Source of the DNA: Parcubacteria group bacterium LiPW_30
GTDB taxonomy: Bacteria > Patescibacteriota > Minisyncoccia > Phycocordibacterales > VMEP01
Length of the DNA: 64,000 nt
Assembly (NCBI GenBank): GCA_007375595.1
Contig: VMEP01000001.1
Span: 415,184 to 479,183 of the forward strand
Reading direction: 5' to 3'
Of the stretch, positions 8,358 through 17,373 are shown piece by piece. The first letter of the stretch is position 1. Every line of letters begins with the position of its first letter. Both the position numbers and the translations under genes were made by a program. A model generated the notes under the pieces. The model was not told where the DNA came from, searched no databases, and saw nothing but the letters and a program-made list of their open reading frames with translations.

Positions 8358-8440
8358 CACAAGTCGGTTTTGTTCCGCCGAACAAAACCGCTTTCGACCC
8401 CGGCTCGCGATTTCGTCTGCTGACGAAATATCGCTCCGCC

Positions 8441-8470
8441 CCACAAAAACTAATTGCGTTTGCAACGCAA
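8441..8470 (-). terminator. rho-independent terminator of topA
   Basis: On the minus strand: hairpin ttgcgtt-gca-aacgcaa followed by ttagttttt. Two further hairpins follow: cggttttgttc-cgcc-gaacaaaaccg at 8366-8391 and cgatttcgtc..gacgaaatatcg near 8409-8437. Confidence 0.6.
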
Positions 8471-8480
8471 CACTGAACTC

Positions 8481-10736
8481 TTATTTCGCTAGTTTATGCG
8501 GGTTATGCATTGGGCATGCTTTGTTACTACATCTTTCTGGAATTGTTTTTGTGCCTTCCATCATTAGTGAATCGCAGAGCTTACAGATTTTACCTGTTGG
8601 TCTTGCCTTGATAGCGTTTTTACAGCCTGGATAGTCTGAACATGAATAGAAGACACCAAAACGGCCACGGCGTTCAATCATTTCTCCTTTTTTACATGTT
8701 GGACAAGTAACCCCAGTTTTTCCTTTGGCTTCTTCTTCGGCGCTTTTTTTAATGAATTTACACTTTGGATAATTTGCGCAAGCGATAAATTTACCGAAGC
8801 GTCCTTCACGCTCGATTAGCTTTCCTTTTCCGCAAGAAGGACAAATCTCTCCTGTTTCCTTTGGTCCTTCAAGTTCAGTCCCGTCTAATTTTCTTGCGCC
8901 AATACAATCTGGAAATTTTGAACAAGAAAGGAATTTTCCACTTTTACTTAGTTTTATAACCATTAAGCTTCCACACTTTGGACATTTAATGCTTGGGTCA
9001 GCGTCTCCTAGGTTTGTTAATTTGGCGATTTTATCTTTTGACTTTACGTCTTTAGAAAATGGTTTGTAGAAATCACGAAGAGTTTTTTCGTAATCACGTT
9101 TGCCGTCGGCAATATCATCCAACTTATCTTCCATTTCAGCAGTGAAAGAATCACTAATATAGTTTTCAAAATTTTGTTCAAGGAAAGTACTAACAACTTC
9201 GCCAACGTCTGTTCCGCGAAGAGATCGTCCTTCTTTTTCCACATACTCACGCTCAAGGATTGTTTTGATAATCGCCGCGTAAGTTGAAGGGCGACCGATT
9301 CCTCTTTTTTCGAGTTCTTTAATAAGACCAGCTTCTGTGTAGCGATTTGGTGGTTCAGTTTGTTTTTCTTCTTCGTCTATAGAGATGAGCGCTAGTGGTT
9401 CGTCCACCGAAGTTACCGGAAGCTCAACATCATCTTCTCTTGAATCTTTGTCTGCCTCGAGCCACCCCAAGAATAATATTCGGTGTCCCGTTGCAGTGAA
9501 ATCGGGAATATCACCCTTTTTTATGTTTGCTGTTATTTTAGTACGCAACATTACAGCATCTGTCATTTGAGAGGCGACGGTGCGTTGCCATATTAAATGA
9601 TAAAGTTTTTTCTCTGCATCGTTTGAACCACGCTCTTCAAAAGAAGCGTCAGTTGGACGAATTGCCTCGTGCGCCTCTTGGGCGTTTTTGCTTTTTGTTT
9701 TAAATACGCGGGCTGTTACAAATTTTTCTCCAAACCTCTTACCAACCATGGCAATGATTTGGGCTTGAGCTTCCTTTGATAGGTTTGGGCTATCGGTACG
9801 CATGTAGGTGATATAACCAGCTTCATAAAGTCGTTGAGCAAGAGACATCGTTCTTGATGGCGCAAAACCAAGTCTTGAGCTTGCCGCTTGTTGTAATGTC
9901 GATGTTATAAATGGTGGGCGAGGGGAGCGAGATGTTTCAGATTCTTCTAGTTTTTTTACAAACCAATCTCCTTTCTTTCCGGAAGTAAGAATTTTTTTAA
10001 CAACATCTTCATCTCGCGGTTCATCCACACACGTAACAGTAAGAGACGCTTTCTTCTTCGTTTTTACATCGGCTCGTATAACCCAGTATTTTTCTGGCAC
10101 AAATGCGCGGATTTCACGTTCGCGTTCAATTACAATACGCAAAGCAGGTGACTGCACGCGTCCAGCGGAAAGTCCGTAGCGAACCTTTTTCCAAATAAGA
10201 CCAGAAAGGTCGTAGCCGAAAAGTCGGTCTAGTACACGACGCGCTTCCTGCGCTTTTCGTAAATCTGTATCAATGTCACGTGGGTGCTTGAGAGCTTCCT
10301 TTACGGCCGTTTCGGTAATTTCATTAAAAACAATTCTTTTAATAGGGGTTTTCTTTTTTACCGACGACATCAAGATTTCCTTCACGTGCCAAGCAATAGC
10401 TTCTCCTTCACGGTCGGGGTCGGAAGCAAGGATTATTTCAGATGCCTTAGAAGCTTCTTTTTGGAGCTCAGCAACAACCTTTTCTTTGCCCTTAGATATT
10501 TCGTAACGAGGAATAAAACCACCCTCAATATCGATGGCGGTTTTGTTACTTTTTGGCAAATCTCGAACGTGTCCAACGCTCGCCAAAACGGTATAATCCT
10601 TCCCAACATATTTGGAAATTGTTTTTGATTTTGCTGGTGATTCAACTATAAGAAGTTTAGTCATTGACATAACTTGTACATTATTACATTTATTTTTGCA
10701 AATTTTTGAAATACTTTCGTTTTTAAAAACACGCAT
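8481..10736 (-). CDS. topA: DNA topoisomerase I with C-terminal zinc-ribbon repeats
   Basis: TOPRIM N-terminus LLIVESPAKSKTI..DPDREGEAIAWH. Active-site region GYITYMRTDS. Three or four C-terminal CPxCG zinc ribbons. The true start is probably MSMTKLL near 10670. Confidence 0.9.
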   Translation of the reverse strand: MRVFKNESISKICKNKCNNVQVMSMTKLLIVESPAKSKTISKYVGKDYTVLASVGHVRDLPKSNKTAIDIEGGFIPRYEISKGKEKVVAELQKEASKASEIILASDPDREGEAIAWHVKEILMSSVKKKTPIKRIVFNEITETAVKEALKHPRDIDTDLRKAQEARRVLDRLFGYDLSGLIWKKVRYGLSAGRVQSPALRIVIEREREIRAFVPEKYWVIRADVKTKKKASLTVTCVDEPRDEDVVKKILTSGKKGDWFVKKLEESETSRSPRPPFITSTLQQAASSRLGFAPSRTMSLAQRLYEAGYITYMRTDSPNLSKEAQAQIIAMVGKRFGEKFVTARVFKTKSKNAQEAHEAIRPTDASFEERGSNDAEKKLYHLIWQRTVASQMTDAVMLRTKITANIKKGDIPDFTATGHRILFLGWLEADKDSREDDVELPVTSVDEPLALISIDEEEKQTEPPNRYTEAGLIKELEKRGIGRPSTYAAIIKTILEREYVEKEGRSLRGTDVGEVVSTFLEQNFENYISDSFTAEMEDKLDDIADGKRDYEKTLRDFYKPFSKDVKSKDKIAKLTNLGDADPSIKCPKCGSLMVIKLSKSGKFLSCSKFPDCIGARKLDGTELEGPKETGEICPSCGKGKLIEREGRFGKFIACANYPKCKFIKKSAEEEAKGKTGVTCPTCKKGEMIERRGRFGVFYSCSDYPGCKNAIKARPTGKICKLCDSLMMEGTKTIPERCSNKACPMHNPHKLAK

Positions 10737-10803
10737 ATCTGTCTGCTGACAGATTGCTATACTCGCCTCGTCAGGCTCCGTAATGTTTTTAAAAACGAAA
10801 GTA
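10712..10803 (+). repeat. MITE-like intergenic element, copy 2
   Basis: 19-bp terminal inverted repeats tactttcgtttttaaaaac / gtttttaaaaacgaaagta, each containing the self-complementary 12-mer GTTTTTAAAAAC. Internal extended -10-like ttgcTATACTcgc (10758-10763), palindrome tctgtc-tgct-gacaga and conserved cgtcaggctccgtaatg. Confidence 0.65.
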
Positions 10804-10835
10804 TGGTGGTAGGAATTAGCCCTTTAAAATTAGTA

Positions 10836-10868
10836 ATAAAAAAACTCGCGTGAAGCGAGTTTTTTTAT
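10836..10868 (-). terminator. bidirectional rho-independent terminator (pilin gene / possible short plus-strand transcript)
   Basis: aaaaaaactcgcgtgaagcgagttttttt: a hairpin flanked by A-runs and T-runs. Confidence 0.65.
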
Positions 10869-10884
10869 TAAAGCCTATAAAAAA

Positions 10885-11349
10885 TTATGGCTTATAGTCA
10901 ACAATTAACGTAGGTGTATCGGCACCACTAAAATCAGCGCCGCTACCTGTGCAGGCAGTTCCTGCTGATGCATCGGCATCGCTTGCCAACGAATCATTTG
11001 CTCCTTCAAGTGTAGCTCCTAAGTGGTAGCTATCACATGTTGAACCTGTACCAAGACCTGCATACATGTACGGTGTTGATGTACTTGATGGGTCAACTGG
11101 AACAGCTGCCAAGAAACCACCCGTTACAAGACCTGAAAGGGCTGTAGGGTATTGCTTGTTTGTATCGAAGTAAAGCGTAAGAGCAGTTCGAACACTTCCT
11201 AAGTCACCAACGCGCTTTGCGTCACGGGCTTTGGCTCGAGCTGAGTTTAAGCTTGCCAAGACGATACTCGACAAAATTCCAATAATTGCAATCACGACTA
11301 ATAATTCTACGAGCGTAAAGCCGCTCTCGCTTTTTCTTGTTTTCATCAT
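10885..11349 (-). CDS. type IV pilin / pseudopilin (prepilin-type N-terminal cleavage-methylation domain)
   Basis: N-terminus MMKTRKSESGFTLVELLVVIAIIGILSSIVLASL carries the class III signal G/FTLVE and a hydrophobic helix. C-terminal Cys pair. The gene is GC-richer than the flanks. Confidence 0.8.
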   Translation of the reverse strand: MMKTRKSESGFTLVELLVVIAIIGILSSIVLASLNSARAKARDAKRVGDLGSVRTALTLYFDTNKQYPTALSGLVTGGFLAAVPVDPSSTSTPYMYAGLGTGSTCDSYHLGATLEGANDSLASDADASAGTACTGSGADFSGADTPTLIVDYKP

Positions 11350-11394
11350 AACTTAATTAGTATAGCAAATAAAAAGAACAATAACGCAAGGTTT

Positions 11395-12261
11395 TTAAGT
11401 TACCCTGTGGATTTCTCCAAATTGTTCTGAAATTAAACCTTTAATTTCAAGGAGAGAAATGATGGTGTTTAGTTGATGAATAGGGAAGTCTACATTTCTC
11501 GCGAGTTCGTCTCGTGATATAGGTTCCCTTAGAATCTCCAATACTTTTCTTTCTTCATTTGAACAATCAAGAAAAGCATTTTCATCCGACATCTTTTTTT
11601 CTACAGAAAATCCAAGGGCAGAAAGTAAATCCGCACTTTTAGTAATTGGTGTGGCGCCCTCGCGGATTAAACGATTTGTCCCGAAAGATGAAAATGAAAA
11701 AATATTTCCTGGAACAGCATAAACCTCACGATTGTAATCAAGAGCAAGTCGTGCGGTGATGAGTGTGCCAGATTTTTCTTCCGCTTCTATAATAAGTGTC
11801 GCTTTTGATACTCCAGCCATCAAACGATTTCTTTGGGGGAATGACCAAGTTGTGGCGCGGAAGTCTGGTTCGTGTTCGGAAATTAGCGCACCACCTGCTT
11901 TAACGATATCTTCAGCGAGTTGCACGTTAGTCGCTGGATATAAAACTTTTCTTGAAATACCAGAACCGGGAAAAGCGATTGTTTGAAGTCCTGATTTAAT
12001 TGCTGCGCGATGTGCAATGGAATCAAGGCCGAGGGCAAGACCAGAAACAATAACAATCGGATAGCCACGAAGCCCTTCAATTAATTTTTCGCATACCTCT
12101 CTTCCGTAAGAAGTATATTTCCTAGAGCCAACTACCGTGAGGAAAGTTTTAGATGAATCTGGAAATAATCCTTCTATAAAAAGATTTTTTGGTGGCTGTG
12201 GAATTTCTAGAATTTGCTTTGGAAATTCTTCTTTTGATAGTTTTCTTATGTTTTGAACCAT
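11395..12261 (-). CDS. dprA: DNA processing protein DprA (Smf)
   Basis: Rossmann-like DprA core VVGSRKYTSYGREV..IVSGLALGLDSIAHRAA..TIAFPGSGI..PQRNRLMAG..AVPGNIFS, plus a C-terminal winged-helix-like tail. Confidence 0.85.
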   Translation of the reverse strand: MVQNIRKLSKEEFPKQILEIPQPPKNLFIEGLFPDSSKTFLTVVGSRKYTSYGREVCEKLIEGLRGYPIVIVSGLALGLDSIAHRAAIKSGLQTIAFPGSGISRKVLYPATNVQLAEDIVKAGGALISEHEPDFRATTWSFPQRNRLMAGVSKATLIIEAEEKSGTLITARLALDYNREVYAVPGNIFSFSSFGTNRLIREGATPITKSADLLSALGFSVEKKMSDENAFLDCSNEERKVLEILREPISRDELARNVDFPIHQLNTIISLLEIKGLISEQFGEIHRVT

Positions 12262-12472
12262 ATTGGTTTAGTAAACAAAAAACAGTCCTTGTATTATAAC
12301 AAGTCATGATTATTTTTTATGTGTATTTCTTTTGTAATGTGTTTTGGGATATACTAAAAGTTAAGAAATAGGGCGTTTTTTTGTTATATAACATAACCCG
12401 CCCAAATTTTTGTTTACAAAAATTTATTTGAGTGGCGGTTTTTATAATCGCTTTACTCCTTAAAAATCAGCC

Positions 12473-13747
12473 ATGCTCGACATAAAATTCATCAAAGAAA
12501 ATCCAGACCTTATTCGTGAAGGTGCTCGCAAAAAACTTATCAATTTTAATGTTGATGATTTGCTCGCGGTTGAAGAAAAGCGCCTCGCAATCCTCCTTTC
12601 AGTAGAGAGCTTGCGCGCGGAGCAAAATCGAGCGAGCGACGAAGTCGCAAAAGGAATTGATCCTGCCGCGAGAGAGCTTTTGGTTTCTGAGATGAAGCTT
12701 TTAAAAGAGCAGTTGAAAATTAAAGAAGACGAACTAAAAGAAATAATGTCTTCTTGGCAATCGTTAATGCTTCAAGTACCAAACGTTCCAGACATGACTG
12801 TTCCCGACGGTTTAAGTGATGAAGATAACGAAGAGGTAAAAAAGTGGGGGAAAATTCCTGAGTTTAGTTTTGTGCCAAAAAACCACATCGACCTTATGCA
12901 ACAAAACGGAATGGTTGATTTTGAGCGCGGAGTTAAGGTCGCAGGCTTTCGTGGATATTTCTTAAAAGGAGACGGCGCGCTTCTTTCTTTTGCTGTCTGG
13001 CAATATGCTCAAAAATTTTTCTTAAGTAAGGGCTTCACTCCAATAATTGCTCCATCACTTGTTCGTAGGGAAGTATTTCTCGGCACTGGATATATTCCAC
13101 AAGGAGAAGAAGATTTGTATAAAACACAAGACGGTGATTTTTTGGCAGGAACTGCGGAAGTCGGAGTTATGGGTTATCACATGGACGAAGTTTTAAATAA
13201 AGAAGAATTCCCTAAAAAATATTTGGGATTTTCACCCTGTTTTAGGCGCGAAGCAGGAAGTCATGGCAAAGATACAAAAGGACTCATTCGTGTTCACGAG
13301 TTTTATAAATGGGAGCAAGTAATTTTGTGTGAAGCAAGCCACGAAGAATCGGTAAAACTGCATGAATGGTTAAATAGAAACACAGAAGAGTTCATCGAGT
13401 CTTTAGGTATCCCATATCACACTGTTGCCAATTGTGGTGGAGATTTAGGTTTAGGTCAGGTTAAAAAATATGATATTGAGCTTTGGGTTCCGGGCGAAAA
13501 TAAATATCGTGAAATCAGCTCCGCCTCATACTTCCATGATTTCCAGACGAGACGCCTCAATATTAAGTATAAAGACAGTGAAGGGAAGCTTCGTTTTGCG
13601 CACTCCTTAAATAGCACTGCTATCCCGACCCCTCGCATTTTAGTTTCAATCGTTGAGAATTTCCAAAATGTAGATGGTTCCATCACAGTTCCAGAAGCAC
13701 TTCGTCCATTTTTTGGAAAAGACACAATAAACAATATTAATAGCTAA
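12473..13747 (+). CDS. serS: seryl-tRNA synthetase
   Basis: N-terminal coiled-coil arm and class II core motifs FRREAGSHGKDTKGLIRVHEF and the motif-3 region. Typical length of 424 aa. Confidence 0.95.
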   Translation: MLDIKFIKENPDLIREGARKKLINFNVDDLLAVEEKRLAILLSVESLRAEQNRASDEVAKGIDPAARELLVSEMKLLKEQLKIKEDELKEIMSSWQSLMLQVPNVPDMTVPDGLSDEDNEEVKKWGKIPEFSFVPKNHIDLMQQNGMVDFERGVKVAGFRGYFLKGDGALLSFAVWQYAQKFFLSKGFTPIIAPSLVRREVFLGTGYIPQGEEDLYKTQDGDFLAGTAEVGVMGYHMDEVLNKEEFPKKYLGFSPCFRREAGSHGKDTKGLIRVHEFYKWEQVILCEASHEESVKLHEWLNRNTEEFIESLGIPYHTVANCGGDLGLGQVKKYDIELWVPGENKYREISSASYFHDFQTRRLNIKYKDSEGKLRFAHSLNSTAIPTPRILVSIVENFQNVDGSITVPEALRPFFGKDTINNINS

Positions 13748-13758
13748 TTTCAACTGCC

Positions 13759-14610
13759 ATGGAATTTGGGCGTAAGTTTAAAACAAAAACATCTACCGCC
13801 CGTCTACGCAGGCGGAAAGCATTAATTAAAAAAGCGATCATAGTGTCCGCTATTTCGTTTTTTATATTGATTGTTTTTGTTTTTATAGTAAATCTGTCTT
13901 CTTTGCGAATAGAAAAGACAGTTGTTTTTGGCACAAATATTCTTAAAGAAGATGACGTCCTTGAAGTGGTTAATGTTGGAATTTCTGGAAAATATCTTTT
14001 CCTTATCCCCAAAGACAGCATTTTCTTTTATCCAAAAGAAAGAATTAAAAATGCTTTGTTAAATAAATTTGGAAGAATTGAGGCCGTGTATCCAGCGCTT
14101 GATAATGGAAACGTGTTAGTAGTGTCTATTTCCGAACATTCTCCCAAATATTTATGGTGTGGGAATAAAAAGATAGAGGAGAATCAAGCGAGCGGGAATT
14201 GCTATTTTATGGATAAAACCGGACTAATTTTCGTTAAGTCTCCAGATTTTTCTTCAAACGTATTTTTCACTTTTTACGGACCACTTGCTTCAACGACAGA
14301 ACCAATCGGGGCGAGAATATTTTCAGTCGAAGAATTTGAGAGAGTTGTTTCGTTTAAAGATGCTGTTTCTAGGATGGGTTTTAAATCAAAAGGATTCGCG
14401 GTTTTAAATGATGGAGATTATGAGCTTAACCTTAGCCCCTCTGGAAAAATTCTTTTTAATACAAAAAACGATTTTGCAAAATCACTTGATAATATTCTTT
14501 TAGCTATTACCTCGCTCCCACTTTCCGATGAAATTAAAACAAAACTTGATTCACTTCTATATATAGATGTTCGTTTTGGTAATAAAGTTTTTTATAAGTT
14601 TGAAGATTAG
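13759..14610 (+). CDS. cell division protein FtsQ/DivIB-like (single TM + POTRA-like)
   Basis: Basic N-terminus, one TM helix (AIIVSAISFFILIVFVFIV), then an extracellular beta-rich region with POTRA-like start TVVFGTNILKEDDVLEVV. Assignment is by architecture only. Confidence 0.45.
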   Translation: MEFGRKFKTKTSTARLRRRKALIKKAIIVSAISFFILIVFVFIVNLSSLRIEKTVVFGTNILKEDDVLEVVNVGISGKYLFLIPKDSIFFYPKERIKNALLNKFGRIEAVYPALDNGNVLVVSISEHSPKYLWCGNKKIEENQASGNCYFMDKTGLIFVKSPDFSSNVFFTFYGPLASTTEPIGARIFSVEEFERVVSFKDAVSRMGFKSKGFAVLNDGDYELNLSPSGKILFNTKNDFAKSLDNILLAITSLPLSDEIKTKLDSLLYIDVRFGNKVFYKFED

Positions 14611-14673
14611 TCGAAATTGTCACCCCTTTTAATTTTTATGGGATTGTTGTAGTTTATCGAGAGCACAACTTCT

Positions 14674-15159
14674 TTGGAGAATTCCATGGGCAATATTGTT
14701 TCTTCTGGTTTCCCGATTCACCTTGCGTATACGCTCTCGGTCGCCATAGTTGAGGCGATGCAGGGCGGGCGCGATTTTGTCGGCAAGAACGACCTAAAGC
14801 GACTCCTTGAGTGGTATCAGGGCGCTGCTTATCCCTATAATGCCACCTTGTTTTCACGGGGCGGCGAAAGCGATGAGGGACAAGCGCTCTATATTTTGAT
14901 GCGACGCGCCCACGTGGAAAACGCCGTGAATGGGGTTCGAAGAAGGTCTTCGCTCTTTGGTCGTGTCATGGCGTTTATCCGTAGGTTTCCACGCGAAACA
15001 TATTCACATCACGATGCCTACTTCGCCCTCAACTTTTTCAATGACCTTGCTTCCGGAATAAGGGAGTACAGAGCTTCGGTTAGGCGGAGAAAGATGTTGG
15101 CGATGGCGCGGGGGAATGTTGTAAGGCTCAAAAACAGGATGGAACAGGCGCGAGTCTAA
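14674..15159 (+). CDS. hypothetical protein (GC-rich ORFan, ~55% GC)
   Basis: No motif. Strong GC3 bias, unlike the neighbours. Followed by a terminator. Confidence 0.45.
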   Translation: MENSMGNIVSSGFPIHLAYTLSVAIVEAMQGGRDFVGKNDLKRLLEWYQGAAYPYNATLFSRGGESDEGQALYILMRRAHVENAVNGVRRRSSLFGRVMAFIRRFPRETYSHHDAYFALNFFNDLASGIREYRASVRRRKMLAMARGNVVRLKNRMEQARV

Positions 15160-15177
15160 AATTCTGTAGATGTATAA

Positions 15178-15206
15178 AAGGGAGCACCAGTCGCTCCCTT
15201 TTTTAA
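15178..15206 (+). terminator. rho-independent terminator
   Basis: gggagcaccagtcgctccc followed by ttttttaatttt. Confidence 0.6.
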
Positions 15207-15240
15207 TTTTAAAAAAAGATTTTCAGCTTATGTTAATATC

Positions 15241-16209
15241 GTGGAAATGAAGGGATTTTGGAAAAATTTAAAAAAGCCATTTTTTGTTTTGGCGCCAATG
15301 GCCGATGTCACCGACGCGGCTTTTCGTCAGATTATTGCGAAGTATGGCAAACCTGATGTTTTTTGGACAGAGTTTGTTTCCGCTGATGGGTTGTGTAGCC
15401 CTATTGGTCGAGAGAAACTTTTAATTGATCTTGCTTACACAGAAGAAGAACGACCAATTGTTGCGCAAATTTTTTCGTCTAATCCAGATAATATCCGCGA
15501 GACGGCAAAACTAATTAAAGAGCTGGGTTTTGATGGGCTTGATATAAATATGGGTTGCCCAGATAGAACAATAGAAAAACAAGGCGCGGGAGCTTCTTTG
15601 ATGAAGAATCCAAAACTTGCACAAGAAATAATTCTTGCCGCCAAAGAAGGCGCAGGGGATATGCCAGTGTCTGTTAAAACTCGACTCGGATACAACAAAG
15701 ATATTTTGGAAGAGTGGTTGCCGGCGCTACTTGAAGCTCGCCCCGCGGTTATCACCGTGCACGCACGAAATAGAAAAGAGTTATCTGATTTTCCAGCGCG
15801 CTGGGAGATGGTTAAACGTGCCGTTGAAATTCGCGATGAGTTGAAAAGTGAAACGCTGATTATTGGCAATGGTGATGTTAAAGATATTAAGGACGCCGAA
15901 ATGAAAGTAAAAGAAACTGGCGCCGACGGCGTAATGCTTGGGCGGTCAATTTTTGGTAATCCGTTTCTTTTTAATCGTAAGCAAAAAGAAGTTGATATAA
16001 AAACGAGATTAGAAATTATGGTTGAGCATACAAAACTTTTCGAAGAGCTTTTCAATGGCAAGAAAAATTTTGCAGTAATGAAAAAGCACTATAAAGCATA
16101 TGCTCACGGATTTATCGGCGCTAAAGAGCTTCGAGTAGAACTAATGGAAACAAAAAACGCTAAAGAGGTGGAGGGGATTGTGGAGAAATTTCTAGGTGGT
16201 AGTCTGTAG
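15241..16209 (+). CDS. tRNA-dihydrouridine synthase
   Basis: LAPMADVTDAAFR, NMGCPDR..KQGAGASLM and VSVKTRLG..ITVHARNR match the Dus family TIM barrel, with a C-terminal helical domain. Confidence 0.9.
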   Translation: MEMKGFWKNLKKPFFVLAPMADVTDAAFRQIIAKYGKPDVFWTEFVSADGLCSPIGREKLLIDLAYTEEERPIVAQIFSSNPDNIRETAKLIKELGFDGLDINMGCPDRTIEKQGAGASLMKNPKLAQEIILAAKEGAGDMPVSVKTRLGYNKDILEEWLPALLEARPAVITVHARNRKELSDFPARWEMVKRAVEIRDELKSETLIIGNGDVKDIKDAEMKVKETGADGVMLGRSIFGNPFLFNRKQKEVDIKTRLEIMVEHTKLFEELFNGKKNFAVMKKHYKAYAHGFIGAKELRVELMETKNAKEVEGIVEKFLGGSL

Positions 16210-16234
16210 AAAGTAAAACGACGGAGGGTTCATT

Positions 16235-16762
16235 ATGAAATCAATTTTGACGCATCTTAATGGCGCGTTACAGCGCCTTGAGGAACGGCCTTATTTAGCC
16301 AATAGTATGTTTCCCGCCGAGATGGATAATTTCTGGAAGGGTGAAAAGCTTTTGTCTGCCGAGATTCAGATTCCTCGCTTAGAAAAATATTTGGAAAGCG
16401 AGGAAGGACAGATAGCCACTAACCTTTTCAAGCAGGTCTGGGAATTGTCCAGTACGATAAATTGGTGTCGACCCGAAAAGGAAGGGTGGTTACACTGGCG
16501 GGTTTTTCTGTATAGGGGTGAGCCACGCAGTGGCCTAAACAGGGCGGAAATAATTTGGTTTGGCGGAAACGGCCTGGAAATGTATTTTGCAGAAAGAGGG
16601 TCGCATAATTACCAAACCAAGCCCACAACTGCGCGCGAACTGGTTACTCGTGTTGCTTTCAATGATAGCAATTGGGACCAGGCTGGTATCTCAAGGCCAG
16701 AGCAAATTGTGCCCTACATCAGACTGAAGACGCTGGACTTGGTTCGTTACCTGAACCGCTAA
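16235..16762 (+). CDS. hypothetical protein (moderately GC-rich)
   Basis: 175-aa ORF with no motif, followed by a clear terminator. Confidence 0.5.
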   Translation: MKSILTHLNGALQRLEERPYLANSMFPAEMDNFWKGEKLLSAEIQIPRLEKYLESEEGQIATNLFKQVWELSSTINWCRPEKEGWLHWRVFLYRGEPRSGLNRAEIIWFGGNGLEMYFAERGSHNYQTKPTTARELVTRVAFNDSNWDQAGISRPEQIVPYIRLKTLDLVRYLNR

Positions 16763-16796
16763 AGCCAGATGTTCTTGTTGTTCTTGTGGAGAAAAG

Positions 16797-16836
16797 AAAC
16801 GGGGTTGCGCTAGTCGTACCCCGTTTTGTTTTTTTA
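16797..16836 (+). terminator. rho-independent terminator
   Basis: aaacggggttgcgctagtcgtaccccgttttgttttttt. Confidence 0.7.
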
Positions 16837-16896
16837 ATTAGAAAAATAAAAAGGTGTATAAGTCTATATTAGATTAACAATTTTTTTGTTATAATT

Positions 16897-17373
16897 TTGT
16901 TTATGAAAGAAAGGAATCTTTTTCTCGTTACTATAATCATAGTTGTTGGTGTTGTTTTGTTGTTTATATACAAAAAAGATTTAATTGAGAAAATTCAAGT
17001 TTTTAAAAAAGATACAACAGTTACGCAAGAGCCAGTAAGAACAGATTTTGGTTCTAATGTTCCCGCCGATTTTCCGGCAGACATTCCCATCGAAGAGGGG
17101 GTAAAAACCGAGCAGAGCTATAGCCTGAATTATGTCGGACAAAAACAACTGACTATTGTTTTTATTTCAACCAAGACAGTGAAAGAGAATTACGCGTTCT
17201 ACGCCGATTTTCTCGCGAAGCAGGGCTGGAACGTTTCCAATAAATTCGAAAGCCCGAAACTATCCTCTCTGTATGGCACGAAAGAGAGTAATGATATTAA
17301 CGTGACCATCAGCGAAAAGAAGTTAGATGCTTCAGTAAAATCACAAGTAAGTATTAGTTTCTTAAAAAAATGA
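16897..17373 (+). CDS. membrane-anchored hypothetical protein
   Basis: N-terminal TM helix LFLVTIIIVVGVVLLFI. Translationally coupled (ATGA overlap) to the following glycine-rich giant gene. Confidence 0.55.
   Translation: MFMKERNLFLVTIIIVVGVVLLFIYKKDLIEKIQVFKKDTTVTQEPVRTDFGSNVPADFPADIPIEEGVKTEQSYSLNYVGQKQLTIVFISTKTVKENYAFYADFLAKQGWNVSNKFESPKLSSLYGTKESNDINVTISEKKLDASVKSQVSISFLKK

Noticed and set aside
8190-8634. ORFs 8190-8423 + and 8200-8634 + between relA and topA
   Set aside because: They run antisense across the relA start, the terminator hairpins and the topA 3' end. Their apparent length comes from the duplicated topA fragment. No coding signal.
12262-12472. Searched for a T-box leader upstream of serS
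   Set aside because: No T-box consensus (AATTAGGGTGGNACCGCG-like) or specifier-loop architecture was visible in the 210-nt spacer. It appears to be a plain divergent promoter region shared with dprA.
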